Position numbers and translations under genes: made by a program. A DNA stretch of 62,931 nt, filler included, from Sphacelaria rigidula (lineage: Eukaryota): assembly GCA_964200075.2 (NCBI GenBank). It is 8 parts of 8 records of this genome, joined end to end, with 100 filler letters (N's around TTAATTAATTAA, not from the genome) between each part and the next. Parts side by side here need not be neighbours in the genome. Positions count along the whole stretch, not along the records: positions 31,519 to 39,297 come from CAXNAA020013483.1; positions 39,398 to 47,175 come from CAXNAA020013484.1; positions 47,276 to 55,053 come from CAXNAA020013485.1; 5 more parts are not named here. One strand, 5' to 3'. Below are positions 38,759 through 49,799 of the stretch, piece after piece; the stretch's first letter is position 1; every line of letters begins with the position of its first letter. A model generated the notes under the pieces. That model searched no databases and was not told the origin of the DNA. It saw nothing but the letters and a program-made list of their open reading frames with translations.

Positions 38759-39692
38759 CACATATATATATATATACCGCGGAATTCGTTTTAGAGGGAG
38801 CGACTTAGGATTGGGGTCAAACGAGAAGGATATCCGGAGTGGACAGAGCGGAGCAAATCTACTATACTCAAATCAAATTCCTGTCTGGGATCTCACATCG
38901 ATCGACAACATGCATCTCGGATCTCACATCTCCGAGCGACAACATCCGCCCAGGATATTTTGCGTCTGTATCAGGGATCAGGGCTAGGGGGTTATCGTTA
39001 AAGTCCAAGTTAGCGTATAGCGTCAAGTGTTTCAGGTGGGTATTGACATCTCGAACAGGTGGGCATCCGTCTAGCATATTCCAGTATAAAACAACAAATT
39101 GTGCGAAGTGAGGTTTAACTCCAAGATGAGATTCAAGCCTAAAACAGTGCTTTTCCCACACTTTCAGCGATGGTGCCCAATCACGTTTTTGTCGGCCTAA
39201 TGCCCCTCAAAAATGGGAGGAATATATCAGGGGAAATGACGGTTTCAGTCAGCGCTGTAAGCTCACAGAGTCGGTGAATTGCGCTGAAGAAGTATCTNNN
39301 NNNNNNNNNNNNNNNNNNNNNNNNNNNNNNNNNNNNNNNNNTTAATTAATTAANNNNNNNNNNNNNNNNNNNNNNNNNNNNNNNNNNNNNNNNNNNNGGG
39401 ATGCGAGGTCAATGGTCTTACGACTATGGCATGCATGATCATGAGTACACCCCCTCCCCCATGTCGCCCCATATCGCCCATGCTTGAATTTGGGTTCGGA
39501 TTTGCTGTTTTCAAGTGGCACAAGACGCCTGTTTATCTCAATATGTGGATGTTACAGGACGCCTGTTCTTGTGGAAACTAGTGCACGAGCGCTCCTGACC
39601 GTTTTTCTGGCCGAGCCATGTCGGTGTACGCTTCGGTATATATGCTGAGCAAGCTGGTACATGCTGCCATGCGCGAATAAGTACTCTATATT

Positions 39693-40045
39693 GGTCGCCC
39701 AGGTGGCTCAGTTGGTAAACTCGAAACCCTCTGACGGTTGGGTCGTGGGTTCAATTCTCGGAGCGATCTCGGGTTTTTCCTCACACCATGCCCAACAATG
39801 GTGAGCGATCATGTCGTGGGTACAAAAAATTCGACTTGACGGTCGACGAGGGAAAGGGACTGCTGAACCCCTCTCGCGATGAAAAATAAAGGCAAGTACC
39901 GCAGAAGACAGGTGGGGTACTGAAAACAAAGAAGAAAAAAGCTCCTGTGTTGACCTTCCTCCTGTGTGACCCCGGCTGATTCGCCCACATATACCGAGAG
40001 GTGTAGACCGGCGCCCAGAATAGATGGGACGACAACACACACGCA
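39693..40045 (+). mobile_element. tRNA-derived SINE
   Basis: Pol III A-box TGGCTCAGTTGG (39704-39715) and B-box GGTTCAATTC (~39748), no complete cloverleaf, ~300-bp body ending in an AC-rich tail. A related head lies at 1-53 on the minus strand. Confidence 0.75.
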
Positions 40046-40049
40046 TTGT

Positions 40050-42230
40050 CCATACCACAACTTCTTCGATGTACTCTCCGTCTTGCCTGAACAACCTTGG
40101 TGTTTTGAAGGCATTGCTGGCGCATGATCTCAACCTCGTGTATAGTTTGATGTTACGCTGCATGTCGCATGATCTCAACCGTACTTTCCGGTACCACGCT
40201 GCTGCTGTACCGTACAGACAAACATTTGTCATGAGGGTCTAGGTACAACACACATCAAAGTCGGTAGTACAACGAACTTGTTCTCCACTGCACACAGTAA
40301 AGTATACGCCGATTATATCTCTGCTCGGTGATACACAGTAGGGGGTGGGCAAGCGACAAAGATCGCCTAAAGCAAAATCGTCCTGTTCATCTGCGTATCC
40401 AACGTTGAGCATCAAATTGTAACATACACTCTTACCTGTAGACGGGTGAAACTGGGCAGTTTGCAGGGGACCTAGTGGGTCATCCCACCAATCAGAACTA
40501 TCGAAATGACCACTCCGCCCCTCTTCAGGCCTGTTGCCAGACCTAAAAATTTCCTGGAAACACGCATGGTTGGTCTAGGAATAATCCGCTGGCGATCGGC
40601 AACCTGCACGCCTCCCCGATATAAAACATAGAAATCCCCTGGCCTGTTAGCCTGTCAAACTGTTCCGAAACGATCATGGACGTCAAAGGGTTGGCTTTGC
40701 ACCTGGTACATTGCCGTCATTACTTGGAAAGCTTGAGGAACTACTTCGCCAAAACCTTGGCAAAACAATCGCACCCTCCCCAGCGCAATGTCCTAGCAGG
40801 AGGGGCACAATCTGATGCGACAGAAGCTAACGTTTGGCTCCTGCTGCGGTTCCATTCCAATTGGGCAGCGTTGTTTAGACTAATTATCATCTCTAGGTTA
40901 TGGTCATCTCGTGTTTCGATGTGTGTGGAGGGGTACGGGACGGCGAAATAGCGAAATGTCGGTGATCGGTGATCGGTGAGCAATGAACTGGGGGGTTTGC
41001 GATGGAAATAGGTACAGCAATTTCAGGACGTTACCATGGTGGTGCACGTTACTTGATGGTGGCTGTGTCTAGGAGCAGCGTTTCATCGTCCACCTCTGTG
41101 CTCGTTTCGAAAACTGAATCTCGTCATGAACGAAGCTTTTCTTTTGTTATTGTGATCAATTTTCAAGGTCTTGGTATATCCGTGACGGGCAGGATGTTTT
41201 CACCGCTATGTGTCTGTTTTGCTTATCGCACCATCCTGTTCATCTCCTCCGGCGTGAAGTGCCATTCACCAACCCTCAATCGACCACAGTACGCAGGAGA
41301 TCGTGCAAAACAGTACACGCCATGATCCCTGCTGGAAATTTCCGGGGAGAACCGTGCCTGGTATCTGTTTTGATTGATGGATCGGTTGTCGCGCATTAAC
41401 TGATCCGCTACGCTTCCAGGCGCGGTCATTAAATAAAAGATAGACGTGCCCGAGATAATAACTGGGAGTAGTCGCAGGAAAAAAGTCGAAAGGGGGGCAA
41501 GCATGAACGAAATTGCTGGAGTAAACTGACGATATAAACGAGAGATCGAAAGATTGAGAAGGAAAACACGGGAAAAGGAAGGAGAGGGAAGGGAATCAAG
41601 TACGAGGTGGAAAATGAAAATCCCTCCCCAGCTATCCCGGCATTTTCATGCTGCAGCCGATGCGTGCCTTTGTTGTCATCGAGGCAGAGGTTGAAACATG
41701 GCGCCGAGCCGTGTGTACGTCCCTCTGAACGCTGCTGATTGTAGGCGTTGACTGTGCATCTCTCAGTGCGATACTGCCGCACCTTGCTTGAGTAATTGAG
41801 TGGCTTTTCCCCTACCGTATTGCTTGGATATCCGGTGTCGTGAGTAAAGCATTTGTCAGTGAGACGGAGACAGTCAACTACAAGATAGGTAGCCGAGCTA
41901 GGCAATGTCAGCCAGTAGGCAGTCTCCGCTGTAGTTGCACAGTACTGTACCACTGAGCAGCTCACATCATCTCACGAGCTCTATCCCCCTGTCGTATATG
42001 TACAATTCCTGACCATCACCTCCCCCTGTAATATAGGCACGAGTTCATACCCCTCCACACAAGAACCCTGCCTTCGCAGTGACGCCCGGCAGGCACCGCG
42101 ACCGGGCAGATGTGGCATGGACGTACGTGCAGTCCTTTTGCTCGATTCCCTTTTGTAGTAACACCAAAAGTCTATCTGCGGTATATGTTGTTCCAGTGTG
42201 AGCATATAGCTGATACATATCCCGTTACAG
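40050..42230. repeat. ~2.2-kb degenerate palindrome, centre ~41140
   Basis: CTGCTCGGTGATAC (40321) with GTACCACTGAGCAG (~41947); GAACAAC..TTGGTGTT with AACACCAA..GTTGTTC; GATGGTG with CACCATC. Confidence 0.7.
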
Positions 42231-43214
42231 TTTCCATATCATCGCTTATCACACCCCCAAGTTGTCCCTTGGAACAGTCAGTCGGTGATGTTGTTCCGAA
42301 ACGAGGCCTGTCCCCCAAAATGACTAATTCACGAGCAACCGACAGTTTGATGTTTATCTGGACGTTTTCAACCACAAAATGGTACAGGGTGCACCGCTCA
42401 TAGGAAATGCCGAGATTCCCAGCAAGCTGGTGGGCCGAAACCGCCGCAGAGCTGTTGGCGGAAAAAGCGAATGTTATATCTAAAAAAAAATCCCCTCTAC
42501 AAAGTGTACCTGAACTTCGAAAAGTATTCGAATCCGGCGGGTAATTGTGTGCATTCGTGAAAAATCGCAAGCAGGTGAACGGAGAACGTTTCAGGTACAC
42601 CTGTCGTCTGAGTTTTCAAATAGATCCGAATCTGGCGGAAATGTACACTTGTCTAGGTAGATTCCAAGGAGTTTCGAGTCAAGAAGTGTCGAATATCTCA
42701 TCGCCTTTTTCGCCATGAACAGTGATACGACTGTTTTGATCAATTATGTGTCTGCATATCGGGGTTGTCCATCAACGATAAATGTGTCGGGTACTGTATA
42801 TTCATCGTTTTTTTTGCCAACAAAAAATTTGCAGCGGTTTCGGTCAATTACTTGGCTGTATATCGACGTTGTCTGGTACCCTGTACCTGTTTGCGGCCGG
42901 AAAACGTCCGGGTATACCTCAAACTGTGGTCGCAACTTTTCCCGAGATATTGTTATTCCGTACCGCGGTCACCAGACACGAGAAACATTCAAGTACACAC
43001 AGCTTTTCGAAAAATAAACTTTTCTAATACGACCGTCACTCGTTTGAAACGATGATATGTTTCATTTCGGTCCGGTCCGGTTCGCTCCTTTGTCAATTTC
43101 AAAGACATTCGCACCAACACTTCGAAGATGAAACCCCAAGATATTCATAGTTTTTCTTGCGTGAATGTTGTTGGTTCCGGGGGTGGGGGGTGTTGGGTAC
43201 CGTATTCAAATCAG

Positions 43215-45322
43215 GTAACTCGCGGGTGCGAAGAGGCAGTAAGGACACTCTCCGCCTCGGCACAGGCCAACGTCTACGTCGAAGCGGCGCATGAGGGAGC
43301 CGACATGAACGTCAAAATCAGTCGCACACGCTTTGAAGACCTTTGCTTCGATCTCTACAAGGCGGCCGGGGGTGCTATCACCAAGGCGCTCGAGGGGGCC
43401 GGGTGCTCCAAGGACATCGTCGACATGGTGTTGCTCGCAGGAGGTGAAGCAAAACATGTGTCCGCATTACCTATCGGCATAGTTTGTGTATGGCGCCTTC
43501 GGGGTGTTCAGTCCACCTTGCTGGTATGTGATGATTTGTGTTGATATCGGGACCGTATTTCAGCGCTCGGGGCGCAAAACGTGAAGTTGAACAGTACAAG
43601 TGGGTCTCCTCGGTATTATATTTTTAGCTTTATAATTGTTATTTTCCAGGAAGGTTGTGATGTTTCTTGGGTATTGTAGGAAGGGTGCATGGCTTTTCTA
43701 CAGGCCGTGTTGCGTCGGATGTGCTAGCCCTTCATGCGAGTTAGTCCCATGCCGGGAAAAAGTATCAGTCGCCGACAATGTATACGAAATGTTACCGACG
43801 TATGTGTACGTGTCACGTGATGCAGTTCACCCTTCATGCGACTCGCCAAACACATGACGGCGCTTCGCGCTTGATAATTGCGAGCCTAGTCCGGTGAAAA
43901 CTCGGCATGCTCCATCCCTGCCTTGTAGGGATGCGAGGTCAAAAATCATATGACTACTGCATGCAAGATTATGAGTACAACTCTCACCGCCGCCTGATCG
44001 TGTTTGTGTTGCTGTATGTAGCCCTTTCACGTCACCCACGACTCTGCGTTTGTTTCTCTTTTGTCTCTGTCCGGCGTTGTGTAGGCATAGCGCAAATGCC
44101 TAAGGTCCAAACATCGGTAAAGGGCTACTTCCCTGCAGGAACTCCTTTCGGAGCGGGTCTGTTCCCGGATGAGGCTGTGGCTATCGGAGCCACTACCCAG
44201 GCGTTTTTGCTGCAGGTGAGATCTAGCCCGCGGTTCAAGGAGAAGGAACATACTCGTGAATCTGATGAAAGCCTAACAAATATTTCACAGTTGGTGGGGT
44301 AGGTTGCCGTCATCATGCGACGGCACTGCTGCAGCCTTTCCTCTCGGCCGCTCCCGAGTCCTTTGACGCCGGGTGTGTCAGATGGGTTGGCTTTTGACCC
44401 TGGTCACGTCTCGCATTTCCCACGCGCAACGATGCCGCGCCCCGGTGGTGTAATGGTCCGACTGTCGCCATTAGGGTGGAGAGAACGGGAGTTCGATTCC
44501 CGACGCGTTGGGTTTTCCCTTCGTAATGTACGATTTCCACCGTGGAAAGCGTGAGAACGTGAGTAAACCAAGTAGTCGACTGGGTTTGTGTGACGTGAGT
44601 AGACGCGGTGCGGGAGTGCTGACTCAATCTGCGAGACCAAAATAAAAGGCGTGTACCGGGGGAAAGATGGGTTGATCCCTTGTGGCCACGGATTCATCCC
44701 GAGGAAGGGGAGGGGTTCAAATTGTGAAAAGGAAAAAAACGATGTTAAAAAATTCAAGTTCGAACTGCATCCATGCCATGTCCTCCGTCAATCAAGCAAA
44801 CCAGGGAACCACACGCCCCCCTTTACCGTCGTACATCTTTCTCTGCGGCAAACCCTGTTTCCGCCCGTGGTTATCGATCATGATGGCGCTCACGACGCAT
44901 AGGAGCACTCGTCATTTGTCGCGCCAGGGGCACCACCCCTCCCGTGCACCATCCGGGTGTGCCCCAAGGGCTTAGGCGTGCGCTGCGTCGGCAATGAAGA
45001 CTCGGAACCCACGACGATCGTCATTCCCAAAGGCGGCGTGCTGCCGGCACAAGCCACAGCCACCGTGCGAGTTTCGGCTTCGGAGAAGGTGGCGGTTTTG
45101 GAGGTGGTTGAGGTTGGGGCGCAGGGGGACGATGGGGACGTTGCGGCGACCAAAGACGCGCGAGTTTTGGGTAGCCTTTCATTTGACGAGATCCCCGAGG
45201 GAGGGGATGGCTCGGTGGAGGTGAACGTCGGGTTTACGTTGAGGTCGGAAGGCGTACTGAAGGTAGAGGCTATAGAGTGCGCGACCAAGGCAGCCAGGGA
45301 ACTTGTCATTGGCCACGAGTAA
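43215..45322 (+). CDS. Atypical Hsp70 (HSPA14/Ssz1-like), last three exons 43215-43443, 44085-44215, 44903-45322 (stop)
   Basis: Joins give CEEAVRTLS...ISRTRFEDLC...DMVLLAGG/IAQMPKVQ...PDEAVAIGA, then a divergent substrate-binding beta domain (IVIPKGGVLPA...FTLRSEGVLKVEA). It ends with no helical lid and no EEVD. Hsp70 family is secure; the subfamily is inferred. Confidence 0.85.
44436..44790 (+). mobile_element. Second tRNA-derived SINE-like element in the Hsp70 intron
   Basis: A-box TGGTGTAATGG and B-box GTTCGATTCC at tRNA-like spacing, but no acceptor stem. 3' end is approximate. Confidence 0.55.
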
Positions 45323-46154
45323 GTCGTGCGTGCGGGTGTCTGTGTGTTCCAGGAGAGGATGGCCTTTGCTGTGCTGTAAGGCGCAGTGTTTCCTGCGAGA
45401 GTCGTTTGGCGCGTATCGTATTGGAGGAGGGCGGACGGACGGGAAGAAAAGCGCTCCCGGGGTTGGTTTGCGTCGTTGTTGTCTTCGGCCGTCTTCATGT
45501 GCCATTTATTCAACTGCGATGTTCGCTGTGGCCGCCTGCTCTTGATGAGCAGCACTTGCGTGCCTGTGATGTGCGGTGTAAACACCCTGGACAAAAGGTC
45601 ACACGGTCAAAAAAGAGTTCTGCGTACAGTACCAACTAGTGTGGTTAATGCAATAGATGAAAGATTGGCATGCTGAACGTACACTTTTTGAAAATGTAAT
45701 CTACCGTCATCATCCAGGGTGTGTGCACTGTGATTCCGCCCCGGCCTGTTTGCTCTCTCTTGTACCCGCGTGGATGTAGTGAGATTGTGGCATTTCCTTG
45801 TCTTTCGCCCATTGTACAGTCACGTACTGCGCCGTTGTTGTCTGCACCGCATAGACCAGGATATTATCCGTCGCAGCGTAGCCGTTTCGCGGTGCAGGCC
45901 CCGCTGCAACCGCTCCGCGTATTGTGCAGGGCAGAAGTTGGATGCCGGGCGGCGCCTTTGCTGCGACTCAAATTTTGACATGCATGTTGGGTACCACATA
46001 TGGCAGTCAATATCTTGGGTAACGAATTCCGTTTGTGGATATATTGCTGTTTCATTAAATCTCACTCGAAGGTACGATGATGAATCGTTGTCTGTTCCGT
46101 TCTTGTTAGACTAAGGCTTCTGCGGGGGTGGACGGGGGGGGGGGGGGGGGGGTT

Positions 46155-46480
46155 CGCTGTAACACAGGACATGAGGTCCAAACACACGGTAGACAGAACG
46201 TTACTGGCTGCGTAATCCCTCAGGCATCGTGAGCTCTCCAAGACCGAATTGATCAGTTGAGTGTGTGTCGTCTGCTGCTTGCCGACTAGCTGGAATGCAA
46301 CCAAGATTTCGACGGTACCATGAAAGGCTCCGATGACCCCTGCCCCTCAACATGGTGCCGAAAATGAGACCCTCCCGGATCCGAGGGACTGGCACTCTTC
46401 CCCTTTTGGCACCCTGTCGGGGTGTTCCTCCGCACAAGGGCTCAGATACACGGACCCCTAGTTGTTCAAGCGCCAGGAAG
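46155..46480 (-). mobile_element. Possible 5' region of a non-LTR (RTE-like) retrotransposon
   Basis: Recalled resemblance only to LINE 5' regions in brown algal genomes; no endonuclease or RT motif is present. Confidence 0.25.
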
Positions 46481-47275
46481 TCTGATCGTCGTTGCGGTTC
46501 GGAGATGGGATAAGACCCCGCCATGGGAGTTTTTCCCGCTCACTCTGGCACGGTTGGATACAGGGTGGGTAGGTGACACGTGTGTGCAGCGGGTTCTTGT
46601 GATGGCAGGCCGCTTGCTTTCCTCCGATGACGCAAACTAATAATTTCACATCATGACATGGTCTGCAGAAAAAAAAAGCACAGTAGTGATCCCTTGACCA
46701 CCCAGGCCTTCAGTTGGACGCCGAGTGCACGGCGTTGTCGGATGAGTTCCTCGATATAAATGGGTTGTCCAGCACAATTCTTCATTTCTTTTCTCCTTGC
46801 ACAAAGGTGCACTTGTCTCGGGGTGGGGCGGGTTGTTTGGACATCCAAAAACATCAAAACAACATTGACAGCCCTGTCTCCAGGCGCAGACAACCGCAAA
46901 GACTTTTTGGTTTTTCGTCCGTTGGTCCAAATCTCCACAAAACGTATCATGCGTTTTCCGTTTTCACCGGAGGATGTACTAACAATTCTGACACCCGATT
47001 CAGACACCTCTAAAAAATTGCCAGATGTATATTTCCTCGGACTGCTTACAGACTGAGGAGTAGAAAACTGGGTACGAATTGATTCCCCGTTTTACCCGTA
47101 CTTTCTACGAGCTGGGCCAGCCCAGAAACGGATTTAACCTGGCAGAGCAATATCTCATCACTGGAAACGAACTGGNNNNNNNNNNNNNNNNNNNNNNNNN
47201 NNNNNNNNNNNNNNNNNNNTTAATTAATTAANNNNNNNNNNNNNNNNNNNNNNNNNNNNNNNNNNNNNNNNNNNN

Positions 47276-47623
47276 CGCACCACTGTCTACCATGACACTG
47301 ACATGGCTATTGCTACCCTCGGTCCACTTGTCAAGAGCAGGTCCTGCCGCGAGAGCCGTCCCATCATCAGCATCGGTGATCCCGCCAAATGTTTCAGCGG
47401 TGTCATCGAGGTTCGACGTGGCCCGGGGATATAATGAGTTCCCGAACATCAACCAGACGTAGTGGACTACGGCTATTACGGTCAGCGCGCGCACTAGTGG
47501 GGAAAGTGTCTCCCTGATCCCCCGCAGTAGGTTGCGAGCTCTGCGCCAGAACCCCGCATCAGACCAAACCTTCGTGACCGGTACCTGCGATCCCAACACT
47601 ACATACGAAGCGTTGAAGAGCAT
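47276..47623 (-). mobile_element. Ty1/Copia-like gag-pol fragment running into the protease active site, truncated by contig end
   Basis: ORF ends ...SNSHVSVMVDSGA, a retroviral aspartic protease DSGA motif in Copia-like context. Confidence 0.6.
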
Positions 47624-47834
47624 GGCTTCATAGCCTCATTTTCTAACACTCAACAAGTCCTTTCTTCTCACTTGTTATTATCACGGAGTGATCCTCAACA
47701 GACCATATCAAGAGCTAAATAGGAAGGGGCCACACAGATGAGGGTCATCAATCCAGGATCCCCTGTCCCCTGCGACTGCTCCAATCATGCAAGCGATTAT
47801 ACTGAAACCTACGATCTGGTATCATTTGGCTACA

Positions 47835-48820
47835 GAAGTGAGGATGATGAAGCTTTTCATTTAGGATGCATACAGGAAAATTAAAATATTCGCATCCACA
47901 CGAATTCTCCGAGTTATGGTTATATTCCTTCATCTGCTGGTAGCTATTGACAACTACTATTAGTACATGCCATACAAATTTGGATTCGGATGACCGAAAT
48001 TTGGGGGTCATAGGTGAAGAAGGAAATGTTGGGAATTGACGTGATCCGACAACGATAAGAACATAGAACCATATCTCGAAGATTTGTTGCGGATGCAAAG
48101 ATTTTAATCGTCGGGGTTCTCATCCTGAATGAAAAGCTCAAAAGCTCTGTGACGCCACAGCTCCACCCTCGACTTCGATGATCGGCTGTTACAGATCATG
48201 AAAAAATTGAGGATGGAGCTTTTCATTGAGGATTATAACCCGGGGAATTAAAATCATCCTATCCACACGAAGTATTCGGAATATGACTCCATTCCTTCCC
48301 CTAGATATTGATAAATACTAAACGACATAGAAATTTGGAGTCCGACAACCGAAATATTGGGGTCCCAGGTGAAAACCAACATTGAGGAATCTAGGTGATC
48401 CGATCGGACCGCCGAAATTGCCCGGAATTGGTTTTTCTCCCAGGACTCCGAAATTTCGGTTTTCGAAATCCATATTTTTATTTTGTTTAGTAGTTATCAA
48501 TAAGCAAAGTTAAAAGAACGAAATTCCTGACTTAACTCAACAGTTTAACATACTACTACTTTTTTTATCAGCTTTTTTTTGTAGAATATTAAAAAAAAAT
48601 CGCTATATGAAATAATTGATTAATTAATTAAATTAAAGATTGTTTGAGGATGGATGGTTGGATGGTTGATTTCTTTTTTTGAGCAAGGGAAAGACAATTA
48701 TCTACCAGTAGGTGAAATGGAACCGTATTTCGAATTCTTGGAGTAGAAACGAAGATTTTAATTTTGCGGGTTCTCATCCCCAATGAATACCTCTCCATCC
48801 TCAATTTCGATGATCGGCGG
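47835..48820. repeat. Degenerate direct-repeat cluster (47838-48060 ~ 48205-48410; 48060-48190 ~ 48715-48820)
   Basis: Shared blocks AGCTTTTCATT.AGGAT, ATCCACACGAA, TTGGGGTC..AGGTGAA, AAGATTTTAAT...GGGTTCTCATCC and TTCGATGATCGGC. Confidence 0.7.
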
Positions 48821-48925
48821 AATGAAATCCCCTGATTTGTGTAACATAGAAGTGCAGTTTTGCCTCAAAGGATTATACGGCAATGGAACTGCTCTGCTGC
48901 CACACCCCTCCAATTTGTCATGCCC

Positions 48926-49136
48926 TTAACCCTTTGACCGCGAGGGTGGGTCACCTGCTGAATCGGTACCGATTTTACTTGAAAAAATTATGCGTGATCT
49001 AGATGGACTGCCCGCATCGCGATCGAAGGGTTAACCCTCAGATGGCGAGAATAGGTCATCTGTTGAATCGGCATCACATTCACTTGAAAAAAGTATGCAT
49101 GATCCAGATGAAGTATCCTCGCGGTCGAAGGGTTAA
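48926..49136. mobile_element. Tandem pair of ~100-bp piggyBac-type MITEs (48930-49030 and 49035-49132)
   Basis: TTAA-CCCTT...AAGGG-TTAA-CCCTC...AAGGG-TTAA. TTAA target sites and CCC/GGG termini are piggyBac hallmarks, and the two units are homologous. Confidence 0.8.
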
Positions 49137-49156
49137 GGGCATGAACGTACTGTGTA

Positions 49157-49385
49157 GGAGATCTCTCGGAAATTTCCGGACTGACTCTGCGTTCAGACTT
49201 CTCCACAAACGAACCGGATTGATTTTTCTCCGAAGCCCTAGTTTGGGAGTAATCCGAATCAAATCGGGCTGCAACGCAGCACGTCGGAGAGCTAAACCCT
49301 GTGTGCACGTCGTGGTGCTCCCAAGCATTCGAGAGTCATCAAGTACCTAAGCATGCAGTCCCGAAAATTTCGGAGATATCCGGAA
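49157..49385. mobile_element. ~230-bp TIR element (MITE-like); inverted homolog at ~60533-60765
   Basis: Imperfect TIRs GATCTCTCGGAAATTTCCGGACT / AGTCCCGAAAATTTCGGAGATATC. Internal GACTCTGCGTTCAGACTT matches AAGTCTGAACGCAGAGTC at ~60708. Confidence 0.7.
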
Positions 49386-49799
49386 AAACAGTGTACATAA
49401 ACCGAAGAAAACATGAGATAAATATGATCCAGAAATATCAACAATGACGCGACACAAGAGAAGAAATGATAATAACCCCAGAAGATGAGATGCCGCAAGT
49501 GAGCATTCGGGTTAGAGGAGATAGAGCCCATCGCCCCCTCTCGACACGCGAAGCTGTGATTAGCAAAAAAAAGCCAGAGTCAAGAACCAAAGACTGCCGA
49601 CCAAAACAACAATAGAAATACCAGAAAATCCGGGCCGGGTCGATCACGGCAGGGAATATCCGGATATATTTTTCAAGACGATCTGATCTTTTTTCTTTTT
49701 AACGGCCTATCGGACCTAACATTTTTGCCGTCGGCGCCGGATCGGCGATATATTTCGACCTTCCCAACGCCAGTACAGGTTAGATAAGCCAACGTCACA

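Noticed and set aside
39693-39770. Functional tRNA gene
   Set aside because: A and B boxes are present but the acceptor and anticodon stems do not form, and it continues into a SINE body.
48619-48631. Additional linker sequence
   Set aside because: No N flanks. It is part of an AT-rich repeat also seen at ~20670-20815.
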